Numbered from the stretch's first letter, positions 18,558 to 27,942 are shown. The stretch is DNA of 64,000 nt from an uncultured Solirubrobacterales bacterium (GCA_963805235.1 CAWDTF010000003.1:98819-162818); one strand, 5' to 3'. Program-made: numbers and translations. The notes: generated by a model from the sequence alone, not told the origin.

Positions 18558-19843
18558 TTGAGCGAGCTGCCCGACGATTTCCAGACCGCGCCCCTGGCTG
18601 AGGTCGACCCCGACATCGCGCGCGTGCTCGACCGCGAGCTCGCCCGCCAGCAGGGGACGCTGGAGATGATCGCCTCGGAGAACTTCGTGCCCCAGGCGGT
18701 GCTCGACGCCGCCGGCTCGGTGCTGACCAACAAGTACGCCGAGGGCTACCCCGGCAAGCGCTACTACGGGGGCTGCGAGGAGGTGGACGTCGCCGAGCAG
18801 CTCGCGATCGACCGCGCCAACGACGCTGTTCGGGGCCGAGCACGCCAACGTCCAGCCGCACGCCGGCGCGCAGGCCAACAACGCCGCCTACATGGCGATG
18901 CTGGAGCCCGGCGACACGATCATGGGGATGGCGCTCGACCACGGCGGCCACCTCAGCCACGGGATGAAGCTGAACGTCTCGGGCAAGCTCTACCACGTCG
19001 TGCCGTACCACGTGCGCCGCGAGGACCTGCGCGTGGACATGGACGAGGTCGCGAGCCCTGGCGAAGGAGCACAAGCCGAAGGTGATCGTCGCCGGCTGGT
19101 CCGCCTACCCGCGGCAGCTCGACTTCGCCGCCTTCCGCGAGATCGCCGACTCGGTCGGCGCCCGGCTGATGGTGGACATGGCCCACTTCGCCGGCCTGGT
19201 CGCGGCGGGGGAGCACCCCAACCCGGTCGAGCACGCGGACGTCGTCACGACGACGATCCACAAGACGCTCTGCGGCCCCCGCAGCGGGATGATCCTCTGC
19301 CGCGAGGAGCTGGCCAAGGACATCAACCGCTCGGTCTTCCCGGGCCAGCAGGGCGGGCCGCTGATGCACATCATCGCCGCGAAGGCGGTGGCGCTGAAGA
19401 TCGCCGCCTCCGAGGAGTTCAGGGCGCGCCAGCGCCAGACGGTCGCCAACGCCCGCGCCCTGGCCGAGGGCCTGCTCGAGGCGGGCGTGGACGTGCTCAC
19501 CGGCGGCACCGACGTCCACCTGGTCCTCACCGACCTGACGCCGACCGGCGTCTTCGGCAAGGAGGCGGAGCTGCGGCTGGAGGAGGTCGGCATCACGGTC
19601 AACCGCAACGCGATCCCCTTCGACGAGCGCCCGCCGATGGACCCCTCGGGCCTGCGCATCGGGACGCCGGCGCTGACCACCCGCGGGCTGGGCGAGGACG
19701 AGATGCGCGAGATCGCCGCGGTCATCGGCGCCGCGCTCGGCGACGACTTCGAGTCGCGAGAAGTCGGCGCCTGCTCGAGCGGACCCGCGGCGCTGATGGA
19801 GCGCTACCCGCTCTACCCGCAGCTCTCGGCGGCGGCGGTCTAG
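18558..19843 (+). CDS. glyA: Serine hydroxymethyltransferase; two apparent 1-nt insertions (about 18825 and 19057)
   Basis: TTG start 7 nt after GAGGAG. MIASENF and [15 protein letters not shown] in frame a; [18 protein letters not shown] in frame b; [10 protein letters not shown] ... [15 protein letters not shown] (PLP Lys) in frame c. Confidence 0.9.
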
Positions 19844-19848
19844 CCGGC

Positions 19849-20618
19849 GTGGAGCTGAACGCGGCGGAGGCCGGGCGGCTCCGCAGGCTCAACCTGATCG
19901 CGGCCTGCGCCCACGCCGCGCAGGCCCTGGCGATCCTGCTGCTCGCCGACGGCGCCTCGCTGCCGGTGACGGCCGAATACCTGACCGGGCCACCGGCGGG
20001 CGGGCGACCGGGGCTCGACCGAGCTGTTCGAGCTGCCGTTCGGCCCCGCGGTCGCCGCCTTCCTGCTGCTCGCCGCGGCCGACCATCTCGTCGTCGCGAT
20101 GGGGGCGGGGCGCCGCTGGTACGAGCGGAACCTGACCGCCGAGCAGAACCCTGCCCGCTGGTACGAGTATTCGCGTCAGCGCCTCGCTGATGGTCGTCCT
20201 GATCGCGATGCTGAGCGGCATCACCGAAGCCACCGCGCTGATCGCGATCTTCGGCGCCAACGCCGCGATGATCCTCTTCGGCATGGTGATGGAGCGGCTG
20301 AACCGGCCGGGCGCGCCGGTGGACTGGCGCCCCTTCGCCTACGGCTGCGTGGTCGGCGCCTTCCCCTGGCTCGCGATTGGACTCACGATCGCCACGGCGG
20401 AGTCGGAGGGAGGGACCGTCCCGGGCTTCGTGATCGCGATCTTCGTCTCGCTGCTCGTCCTCTTCTTCAGCTTCGCCGCGAACATGTGGCTGCAGTACCG
20501 GCGGCGAGGGGCCTGGGCCTCCTACCTGCACGGCGAGCGCGCCTACATCTGGCTCAGCCTGATCGCGAAGAGCGCCCTCGCCTGGCAGGTATTCGGCGGG
20601 GTGCTGGCGGGAGGCTGA
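19849..20618 (+). CDS. Heliorhodopsin (about 255 aa, 7 TM) split over three frames by two apparent 1-nt insertions (about 20005 and 20173)
   Basis: [80 protein letters not shown] (retinal-Lys block). GTG start 5 nt after the glyA stop. Confidence 0.8.
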
Positions 20619-20623
20619 GCAAG

Positions 20624-21656
20624 GTGAGGATTTGGGTGGACTGCACCGCCGCCGCGCACCCGCTGGTGCTGCGGCCGATCATCGAGCGGCTCGAGGCCGG
20701 CGGCCACGAGGTCGAGGTGACCGCGCGCCGCTACGGGCAGACGGAGGGGATCCTCGAGCGCCTCGGGATCCCGTACACCAGCGTCGGCGAGCACGGCGGC
20801 GCCTCCACCCTCGGCAAGGCCGGCGCGCTGGCGGGCCGCAGCGCGCGGCTCTGGCGCTGGGCGCGGGGGAGGGGCTTCGGCCTGGCGCTGGCGCACGGCT
20901 CGGTGGACATCGCGCTCGTCTCGAAGGCGCTGCGGGTCCCGCTGGTGCAGATGAACGACTACGAGCACGCGGGCCTGCAGCGCAGGATCAGCTTCCGCGC
21001 GGCGCGGCTGGTGCTGGCTCCCGACGCGATCCCCGTCGAGGCGATGGAGCGCTGCGGCGCGAGCCGGGACCGGCTCTTCCGCTACCCGGGGCTGAAGGAG
21101 GACTACTACCTCGCCGAGTTCGAGGCCGACCGGGCCGTGCTCTCGGAGCTGGCGCTCGAGCGCGAGCGGCGTGCTCGTCGTCATGCGCCCGCCGCCCGAG
21201 ACCTCGGAGTACCACGCGCAGAACCCGCTGTACGAGGCCGTGCTCGACCGGCTCGCTCGCGAGAGCGAGGCGACGGCCGTCGTGGTCCCGCGGACCGAGG
21301 CCCAGCGCGAGCGGCTGCGGGCCCGCGGCGCGCGGCCGACCGGCGCGGGCAGCGCGCGGCTCGTGGTGCCCGAGCGGGCGATCGACGCCCAGAGCCTGAT
21401 CGCCTACGCCGACCTGGTGGTCAGCGCCGGCGGCACGATGAACCGGGAGGCGGCGGCGCTCGGCACCCCGGTCTACACGATCTTCAGCGGCGCGATGGGG
21501 GCCGTGGACGAGCGCCTGATCGCGGCCGGCCTGCTGCGCCCGCTCGCCGACCCGGAGGCGATCGAGCTGGCGAAGATGAGCCGCGAGCGCACCGGTCCGC
21601 TGCACCCGCGCGACCCGCAGCTGCTGGCTGACGCGGTCCTCCGCGCAGCGGGCTGA
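20624..21656 (+). CDS. DUF354-type (GT-B-like) protein; one apparent 1-nt insertion near 21170
   Basis: GTG 5 nt after the heliorhodopsin stop. VRIWVDCTAAAHPLVLRPII... continues as VLVVMRPPPETSEYH ... VVSAGGTMNREAAALGTPV in the frame of ORF 21171..21656. Confidence 0.7.
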
Positions 21657-21691
21657 CCTGCTCCGCCGGTTCCATACGGGACAATCCCGCC

Positions 21692-22974
21692 ATGCGGTCC
21701 CTGGACTCGTGGGACGCGGTCTGGGCCTTCGTGTTCGCCGCGTCCGTCGCCTGGATGCTCGTGCCCCTGGCCGAGGCGATCGCGCGGCGGATCGGGGCGA
21801 TGGACATGCCGAGCGACCGCGGCCTGCACGACACGCCGACGCCGAAGCTGGGCGGGCTCGCGATCCTGGTCGGCGTGCTCGGCGCCGGGGCGATCTGGCT
21901 GCCCTGGGACGCCGAGACGCGCTCGATCCTCGGCGGCGCGGCCGCGATCACGCTGCTCGGCGTGCTCGACGACGTCTTCGAGCTGCCCGCGCTCCCCAAG
22001 CTGGCCGGCCAGATCGGCGCGGCGATGATCCCGGTCGTGCTCGGCGACGTCCGCGTGGACGTGACCACGCTGCCGTTCGTCGGCGGCTTCGACCTCGGCT
22101 GGATGGCCTATCCGCTGACGATCTTCGGGATCGTCGCGGTGATCAACATCATCAACTTCATCGACGGCGTGGACGGCCTCGCCTCGGGCGTCTGCGTGAT
22201 CTCGGCGGCGACCTTCGCGATCATCGCGATCTCGCTCGACCGCTTCGAGGCGGGGGTGCTGGCGGCGATCACAGCAGGAGGCGCGCTCGGCTTCCTGCGC
22301 CACGGCTTCCCCCCGGCCTCGAGCTTCATGGGGGACACCGGGTCGAACCTGCTCGGCTACCTGCTGGCGACGATCGCGGTGCAGGGCTCCCTGAAGACGA
22401 ACGCGGCGCTCGCCCTGGCGCTGCCGCTCCTCGTCCTCGCCGTCCCGATCCTGGACACGAGCTTCGTGGTCGCAAAGCGCCTCAAGTACCGCCAGCCGAT
22501 CTACCACGCGCGACCGCTGGCACTTCCACCACCGCATGGCGAACATCGGGTTCGACGCGCGGCGCACGCTCAAGTACCTCTACGGCTGGACGCTGGTCCT
22601 GGCCCTGCTGGCCCTCGCCCTGCGCTTCGTCCCCTACAGCGACGACCGCGGCAACTTCGATCCCGCTCTGGACGGTGGTGATGGCGCTCGTCCTGATCGG
22701 GGCGCTCGTCGCCAGCGTCTACGTGATCCAGGTGCTCGAGATCCTGAAGCTGCGCCACTTCAGGCTGCGCCAGCGCCTCGGCATCCTCACCCGCGGCGCC
22801 GGCGCGCCGGCGCCGGTCGAGGCCGAGGTGGACGCGGCGGTCAAGCGCGAGCTCGAGACCGGCGAGTACGCGGCGGTCAACCCGGAGACGGGCGAGATGT
22901 CCAGCGTCGACCCGGACACCGGCGAGATGGAGCCGGTCAGCGCGCCTCCCCCCGGGCGCGACGGGCCTTACTGA
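21692..22974 (+). CDS. Polyprenyl-phosphate HexNAc-1-phosphate transferase (WecA/MraY family, GT4); two apparent 1-nt insertions (about 22511 and 22665)
   Basis: PKLGGLAI, NFIDGVDGLASG, FMGDTGSN blocks. ...PIYHA/DRWHFHHRMAN... then ...NFDP/LWTVVMALVL... in successive frames. Confidence 0.85.
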
Positions 22975-23040
22975 TTTCTGGGTATACTGCTCCGCCCGCG
23001 GGTCGCCGCCCGCGATCGCTGATCGAACGGAGGAGCAGAG

Positions 23041-23868
23041 GTGAGAAACATGAATCGCGCGCTCGTGGCCGTCGCCGCCGCCTGCGCGCTCGCGACCGCC
23101 GCGGCGCCCGCGAGCGCCGCCGAGAACGACTTCACGCTCGGGGGCCGCTCGTGCAAGCTGATCGGCGTGCCGGCCGCGGCGCCGGTCGGGACCGGCGCCT
23201 GCCCGGGCGTCAGGCCCGGGGCCGTGGTCAACTCCGAGACGGGGCAGTGCACGCATGAACTTCCTGTTCACCGGGTCTGACGGGCGCCGCTACATCGGCA
23301 CCGCAGGGCACTGCATCCTCGGCGAGAGCCCCGTCGGCGGAGACGCAGGCGAGCAGTCCTGGGCGCCCGGCAGCGGGCCCGAGGCGACGGACTCCGAGGG
23401 CGAGCGGATCGGGGAGTTCGCCTACGCGGTGCTCCAGGACCCGAAGGACTTCGCGCTGATCCGGCTTGACCCCGGCGTCGAGGCGAGCCCGCAGATGTGC
23501 CACTTCGGCGGGCCGACGGGCGTCAACTCCGACCTGACCTCCTCGCCGACGGTGCTCCAGCACTTCGGCAACGGGCTGGCGGTCGGCTCGGCGCTGCCGG
23601 CGCGGACCCACGTCGCGCTGAGCATGCCCGACCCGGACCACGTGTTCGCGATGGGCGCGGCCGCCCGGGCGACTCGGGCAGCGGCGTGATCAGCGCCGAC
23701 GGCCGCGCGCTCGGGGTGCTGGTGACCGTCGGGCTCCACAGCGGCGGCATCGGGACCGGCGGGCTCGACGCCGGTGCGGTCGGGATCACCCGCATCGCCC
23801 CCCAGGAGGCCCGCGCCGAGCAGGTGCTCGGGACCGCGCTGGCGCTCGAGACCGCGCCGGCCCTGTAG
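23041..23868 (+). CDS. Secreted chymotrypsin-fold (S1) serine protease; two frame breaks (about 23254 and 23665)
   Basis: Signal peptide MNRALVAVAAACALATAAAPASA. Triad contexts IGTAGHC, DFALIRL, (P)GDSGSGVIS across three frames. Confidence 0.75.
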
Positions 23869-23872
23869 AGGC

Positions 23873-24385
23873 CTAGGAGGCGGGGGCGAGCGCCTCGGCG
23901 ACTCGCTCCCGCCCGCGGTAGAGGCGGCTCATCACCGTGCCCTCGCGCACGCCGAGGGCGCGGGCCGCCTCGGCGTAGCTGAGCCCCGCGACGTCCACGG
24001 CGGCCACCGCCTCGCGGTAGTGCTCCGGGAGCTCGGCGAGGGCGTCGAGGACCTCCGCCGCCTCGAGCGATGCTTGCGGGTCGGTGTGCGTGGTCGTGGC
24101 CGCGAGCGCGTCGGGGTCGTGCTCGCCGGAGCTCGTCTGCTCGCGCCGGATGCGCTCCGAGCGCAGGTGCGAGTACCAGGTGTTCCGGAGCGCCTTGACC
24201 AGGTAGCCGAGGTCGTCGTCGCGGCGCAGCAGGCGCGGGCGAGAGAGGACCTTGACGTAGGTCTCCTGGACCAGGTCCTCCGCGGTCGCGGCGTCGCCGC
24301 ACATCGCGCGCGCGGCGCGGTAGAGCGCGTCCATGTGGTCGCCCGCGGCGTCGGGATCGAGTCGCCGCGCCTCCCCCTCGACCAT
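23873..24385 (-). CDS. ECF-type RNA polymerase sigma factor
   Basis: Region 2 DLVQETYVKV. Region 4 LSYAEAARALGVREGTVMSRLYRGR. Internal ATG 24385 lies 8 nt after the anti-sigma stop. Confidence 0.85.
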   Translation of the reverse strand: MVEGEARRLDPDAAGDHMDALYRAARAMCGDAATAEDLVQETYVKVLSRPRLLRRDDDLGYLVKALRNTWYSHLRSERIRREQTSSGEHDPDALAATTTHTDPQASLEAAEVLDALAELPEHYREAVAAVDVAGLSYAEAARALGVREGTVMSRLYRGRERVAEALAPAS

Positions 24386-24393
24386 CAGGAAGA

Positions 24394-25185
24394 TCAGAAC
24401 GGCACCGCTCCCTCGCCCTTCCAGGCCGCGAGCTCGCGCAACTCCGCGGCGCTCACCCCCTCGCCCGAGAGCACGCACGTCCTGCCGCCGCGCAGCCAGG
24501 TGACGATCTCGCGCCCGTCCTCGGCGAGCGAGCTCAGGTCCACCTCGTTGACGGTGGAGGGCGTCGAGTCCTCGGGCGGGTCGATCGCGTCCCCCGCCAC
24601 GATCGTGTAGCCGATGCGCTCCCCCCGCCGCTCGTAGAAGACCGTCCGCGTGTCGCGACCGTCGAGCTCGTCGGCCCGGGTCCCGGCGGGGCGCCAGCCG
24701 AACTCGGGTCTCAGGTTCGGGAACGGCACGCCCTCGACCTCCTCGGCGAGGACGGCGGGGTTCGCCGGGTTCACCGCGGCCCCCGGCTGGGTCGCGGGCA
24801 GCTCGGCGAGCTGCGCCGCCTCGACCACCGTGGGGCCACCCGTCCCCGACGGGAGGACAAGGGCGGCGACGAGCGCGGCCGCCGCGGCCCCGGCGGCGAG
24901 CGCGCCGGCGATCGCGAAGCGCCGCCGGCGAACCGGGCGGGAGGGCGCCCGGCGCTCTGTCTCGATCCGCTCGCGCAGGCCGAGCGGTGCGCGCAGCTCG
25001 AGGCCGCGCAGCGCCGCTACCGCCGAGCGCTGGCGCTCCAGTGCCGCCCGCAGAGCGGGGTCCGAGGCGAGGCGCGCCTCGAGCGCCTCGCGGCGGTCCC
25101 CGGCGAGGCGGCCGTCGGCGAGCAGGACGAGCTCGCGCTCGGTGCGCTCGTCGAGCCCGGCGTTGTGTGAGCCATCTCCGTTCAT
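24394..25185 (-). CDS. Putative single-pass anti-sigma factor (no zinc motif), encoded upstream of its sigma factor
   Basis: N-terminal LLADGRL...LEARLASDPALRAALERQR, TM FAIAGALAAGAAAAALVAALV, extracytoplasmic C-domain. Confidence 0.6.
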   Translation of the reverse strand: MNGDGSHNAGLDERTERELVLLADGRLAGDRREALEARLASDPALRAALERQRSAVAALRGLELRAPLGLRERIETERRAPSRPVRRRRFAIAGALAAGAAAAALVAALVLPSGTGGPTVVEAAQLAELPATQPGAAVNPANPAVLAEEVEGVPFPNLRPEFGWRPAGTRADELDGRDTRTVFYERRGERIGYTIVAGDAIDPPEDSTPSTVNEVDLSSLAEDGREIVTWLRGGRTCVLSGEGVSAAELRELAAWKGEGAVPF

Positions 25186-25203
25186 GCGCTCTCTATGCCT
25201 ACT

Positions 25204-25228
25204 GACGCCCGGGGGCCCGAACTATTCC
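25204..25228 (-). promoter_or_regulatory. ECF-type promoter candidate GGAAT-N16-CGTC for the anti-sigma/sigma operon
   Basis: Read on the minus strand. CGTC ends 18 nt before ATG 25185. Confidence 0.4.
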
Positions 25229-25239
25229 ACGCCCGGCCG

Positions 25240-25264
25240 GGAATAAAGCCCCGCCGGCCGCGTC
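25240..25264 (+). promoter_or_regulatory. ECF-type promoter candidate GGAAT-N16-CGTC for the RTX-like gene
   Basis: Same motif and spacing as the divergent partner 11 bp away. 35-nt leader containing AGGAGGA before ATG 25300. Confidence 0.4.
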
Positions 25265-25299
25265 CTGGGCGGTTGTCAACGACTCCCCAGGAGGAAACG

Positions 25300-26247
25300 A
25301 TGGGAACCACACCGAACCGATTCCGCAAGGCCCCCCTCTTCGCCGGGCTCGTCCTGCTCGCCGCGCTGACGGCGATGGGCACGTCCTACGCCGCCCTGCA
25401 GGGCAACGAGAACGCGAAGCGGCCGCAGGTGCTGATCGGCGCCGACAACGACGAGGTCGGCAACGGCACGATCCAGCCGGTGCCGTCGCCGCCCGGCCCG
25501 GACCAGTCGCTGAAGAAGAGCGACCAGCTCTTCGGCGGCGCCGGCCCCGACACGATCGTGGGCCGCCTCGGGTCCGACGTGATCAAGGCCGGCGCCGGCG
25601 ACGACGTCCTGGTCGGCGGCACCGAGGGCGGACAGCCCGCTCCCGCCCTGCCGAACAGCGACATCGCCTACGGCGAGGGCGGCAGCGACGCCTTCATCTG
25701 GGCGCCCGGCGACGGCTCCGACGCGTTCGTCGGCGGCAATGCCCCGAAGGCGAAGAAGGTGAAGGTCAAGGCATCCGCCAAGGGCAAGAAGGGCAAGAAG
25801 GGCAAGAAGGGCAAGAAGGTGCGCAAGCCCGCGCCCGAGATCGACACGCTGGTGATCGGCAACCTCGTGCTGAGCGCGGACCTGAGCGTCCCCCAGCTGT
25901 TCGACACGAAGTTCGGCCGGCTCCCTCGCGTGTTCGCGTCCGACCGCGGCGTCCCGACGCCGCTCGGCGGCACCCCGCCGCGCAACCCGAACCTGACGGG
26001 CCTGTGCGAGATCGTCTCCGCGCCCGCCGGGCTCGGCTTCGACTACCTGGTCCGCTTCTTCGGCTCGCCGGGGAACCTGGCGGTCACGATCCGGACCAAG
26101 GGCGTCGAGCAGGTGATCTGCCCGACCAACGGGACGGACGGCGCGACGCTGACATCGCTCGGCGCGCGCGGCTCGGGCCCGGTGCAGACGAAGTCGGTCG
26201 ACTTCACGGCCCCGAAGGGCTCGAAGCTGGCCGCGTTCGTCTGCTAG
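25300..26247 (+). CDS. Secreted protein with RTX-like Ca-binding nonapeptide repeats and an internal poly-lysine tract
   Basis: Sec signal FAGLVLLAALTAMGTSYA. GGAGPDTIV, AGAGDDVLV, GEGGSDAFI repeats. KAKKVKVKASAKGKKGKKGKKGKKVRK. Confidence 0.65.
   Translation: MGTTPNRFRKAPLFAGLVLLAALTAMGTSYAALQGNENAKRPQVLIGADNDEVGNGTIQPVPSPPGPDQSLKKSDQLFGGAGPDTIVGRLGSDVIKAGAGDDVLVGGTEGGQPAPALPNSDIAYGEGGSDAFIWAPGDGSDAFVGGNAPKAKKVKVKASAKGKKGKKGKKGKKVRKPAPEIDTLVIGNLVLSADLSVPQLFDTKFGRLPRVFASDRGVPTPLGGTPPRNPNLTGLCEIVSAPAGLGFDYLVRFFGSPGNLAVTIRTKGVEQVICPTNGTDGATLTSLGARGSGPVQTKSVDFTAPKGSKLAAFVC
25783..25818 (+). repeat. Perfect 4x tandem repeat of GGCAAGAAG (in-frame Gly-Lys-Lys)
   Basis: Read directly; lies inside the RTX-like CDS. 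Confidence 0.95.
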
Positions 26248-26264
26248 GGCTCGGGCGGACGCAA

Positions 26265-26298
26265 GGCGGCCACCGGCCTCCGCGGGCCGGTGGCCGCC
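26265..26298 (+). terminator. Perfect 14-bp GC hairpin (no T tail) after the RTX-like gene
   Basis: GGCGGCCACCGGCC-tccgcg-GGCCGGTGGCCGCC, 18 nt after the stop. Confidence 0.5.
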
Positions 26299-26377
26299 GC
26301 CGTGCCCGGAAGTGCGCTTTGACACCATCACGTGGCGTCGGTCGAACGCCTGTTCGGCTAGGATTCGCGGCCCCCGC

Positions 26378-26403
26378 GGGCTCCCCACTTGGGAGCCCTT
26401 TTT
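26378..26403 (+). terminator. Canonical intrinsic terminator (8-bp stem + TTTTT)
   Basis: GGGCTCCC-cactt-GGGAGCCC followed by TTTTT. Confidence 0.6.
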
Positions 26404-26618
26404 GCCGCAAATTGCGACATTTCGACCCCGACAGACGCGATGACGAGCAGGATTCCGCGCCGCCGGCGCGACGCGCACGAGCCCGCGCGACCGCCGCTTG
26501 CCTCATCCAAGGCCGTCGCACCGATTCATCCCGAGGACCGCTTCGGGCGCGCGCGCGGCTGGTCGCCGCCCGTCGCGGAGATGGCCCTTGTCCGGCGTCG
26601 CGGTAGGAGCGGCTGCAG

Positions 26619-27014
26619 ATGGCTGAGCCGAGCCGCGCGGCGCGCGCGCTCCGGTTCATCGACCTCGATCCCGCTCGCCGCAGGGCTGCCGGTCTTCATC
26701 GCCGCCGGCCTGCCGATACCGGCTACATCGTCCTCGCCGCCGTCTGGCTCGCTCGCGCTCGGCCTCGAGCTGGCGGGGGAGAGGGTCGCCGGCGCGCGAG
26801 CTGCGCTCCGGCAACCGCCGCGGCGCGATGGGCTGGGTCGCCGTCACCGGGCTCAGCCGCGTCTGGATGGTCGTCACTGGCGGTGCTCCTGGTCGGGCTG
26901 CTGGTCGAGCGCGAGGCCGGCCTCGCCGACGCCGTCTTCGCCGCGATCCTCTTCACCTTCCACCTCACCGGTCGCGTGCTCTCGAAGCTGATGACCCCGG
27001 AGGAGCGGCCCTGA
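26619..27014 (+). CDS. Small hydrophobic protein upstream of atpB (AtpI-like position); several frame breaks, boundaries uncertain
   Basis: TM-like segments occur in all three frames (IPLAAGLPVFIAAGLP; GYIVLAAVWLA; AVLLVGLLV...AVFAAILFTFHLTG). Stop overlaps the atpB ATG (TGATG). Confidence 0.35.
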   Translation: MAEPSRAARALRFIDLDPARRRAAGLHRRRPADTGYIVLAAVWLARARPRAGGGEGRRRASCAPATAAARWAGSPSPGSAASGWSSLAVLLVGLLVEREAGLADAVFAAILFTFHLTGRVLSKLMTPEERP

Positions 27015-27923
27015 TGACGATGGCAGAAGGTGCTGCTCGGCTTCGGCGATCTACTTCGCCTTGGCCATCGCGCTGTGCTGATCTTCGGCGACGAAGGCAA
27101 GAACGAGGAGTTCCAGCCGCAGAACGAGTTCAAGCTGGAGCCCTGGGTCCAGATCAAGATCGCGGGCATCAACGTCTCGATCACGAAGGCGGTGCTGTAC
27201 CTGGTGCTCGCCTCCGGCCTGACGATCCTTCACGATGGTCTGGGTCTCCCGCCGAATGGTGGACAAGCCGAACCGCGTGCAGACGACGATGGAGCTCGCC
27301 TACGACCTGACCAAGAACAACATCACCGGCGGCAACCTCTCCGGGCGAGTACGCGCACGCGCTGGTTCCCGTTCCTGGCCACGCTCTTCTTCTTCATCTG
27401 GTTCTCGAACCTCATCGGGTACCTGCCGCTGCCGACGAACACGGAGCACCGGTCAACATCTTCGGGGTGGAGGTGCCCGCCTTCGCGCTCTACGCCGCCA
27501 CGGCGAACATCTCGATCCCGCTCACGCTGACGCTTGGTCGTCTGGGTCAGCTACCACGTCGAGGGGATCCGGGCCAAGGGCCCGATCAACTACCTCAAGG
27601 GCTGGCTGCCGGCCGGGCTCGAGGACATGAACCCGATCGGCAAGGGCGCGATCTTCCTGATCGAGGTGATCTCGCACTTCGTGCGGCTGATCTCGCTCTC
27701 CGTTCGACTCTTCGCCAACATCCTCGCCGGCCACCTGCTGCTGCTGTTCATGGGTGGCGGGCTCGCCGTGCTGCTCGGTCTCGCAGCGCTCGGAGCGCTG
27801 ACGTTCCCGATGGCCTTCGTCTTCTTCGTCTTCGAGGTGGGTCTGGTCGCGACGCTTCAGGCGTTCATCTTCTCGACCCTCACCTCGATCTACATCGGCG
27901 GCGCGGTCGCCGAAAGTCACTAA
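27014..27923 (+). CDS. atpB: F0F1 ATP synthase subunit a; at least 5 apparent single-base frame breaks
   Basis: Sense runs through ORFs 26828-, 27030-, 27235-, 27467- and 27534-frames: ...KAVLYLVLASGLTIL/TMVWVSRRM.../WFPFLATLFFFIWFSNLIGYLPLP.../PVNIFGVEVPAFALY.../VVWVSYHVEG...SLSVRLFANILAGH. Confidence 0.85.
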
Positions 27924-27942
27924 GAAAGGAAGTGTTGAGCAA

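Noticed and set aside
19755-19800. Possible compensating indel pair near the glyA 3' end ([20 protein letters not shown] versus alternate-frame [20 protein letters not shown])
   Set aside because: The alternate reading looks more SHMT-like, but the as-given frame is uninterrupted and I cannot discriminate without an alignment.
25783-25818. CRISPR-like or phase-variable non-coding repeat
   Set aside because: The 9-nt x4 repeat is in-frame coding (GKK)4 with no spacers. No CRISPR array or cas genes occur anywhere in the window.
26319-26403. Independent small RNA gene (TTGACA at 26319-26324, terminator at 26378-26403)
   Set aside because: There is no acceptable -10 at 16-19 nt from the TTGACA. 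The TAGGAT at 26359-26364 would give a transcript consisting only of the hairpin. It is more economically a second terminator for the RTX-like gene. I left it as a low-interest note.
27014-27923. Possibility that the many frame changes (atpB, glyA, etc.) are programmed ribosomal frameshifts or genuine pseudogenes
   Set aside because: No slippery heptamers or stimulatory structures sit at the junctions. The breaks hit essential genes whose operon partners are intact. The sense on both sides is undamaged. Only the prfB site (58148-58154) matches a known recoding signal.
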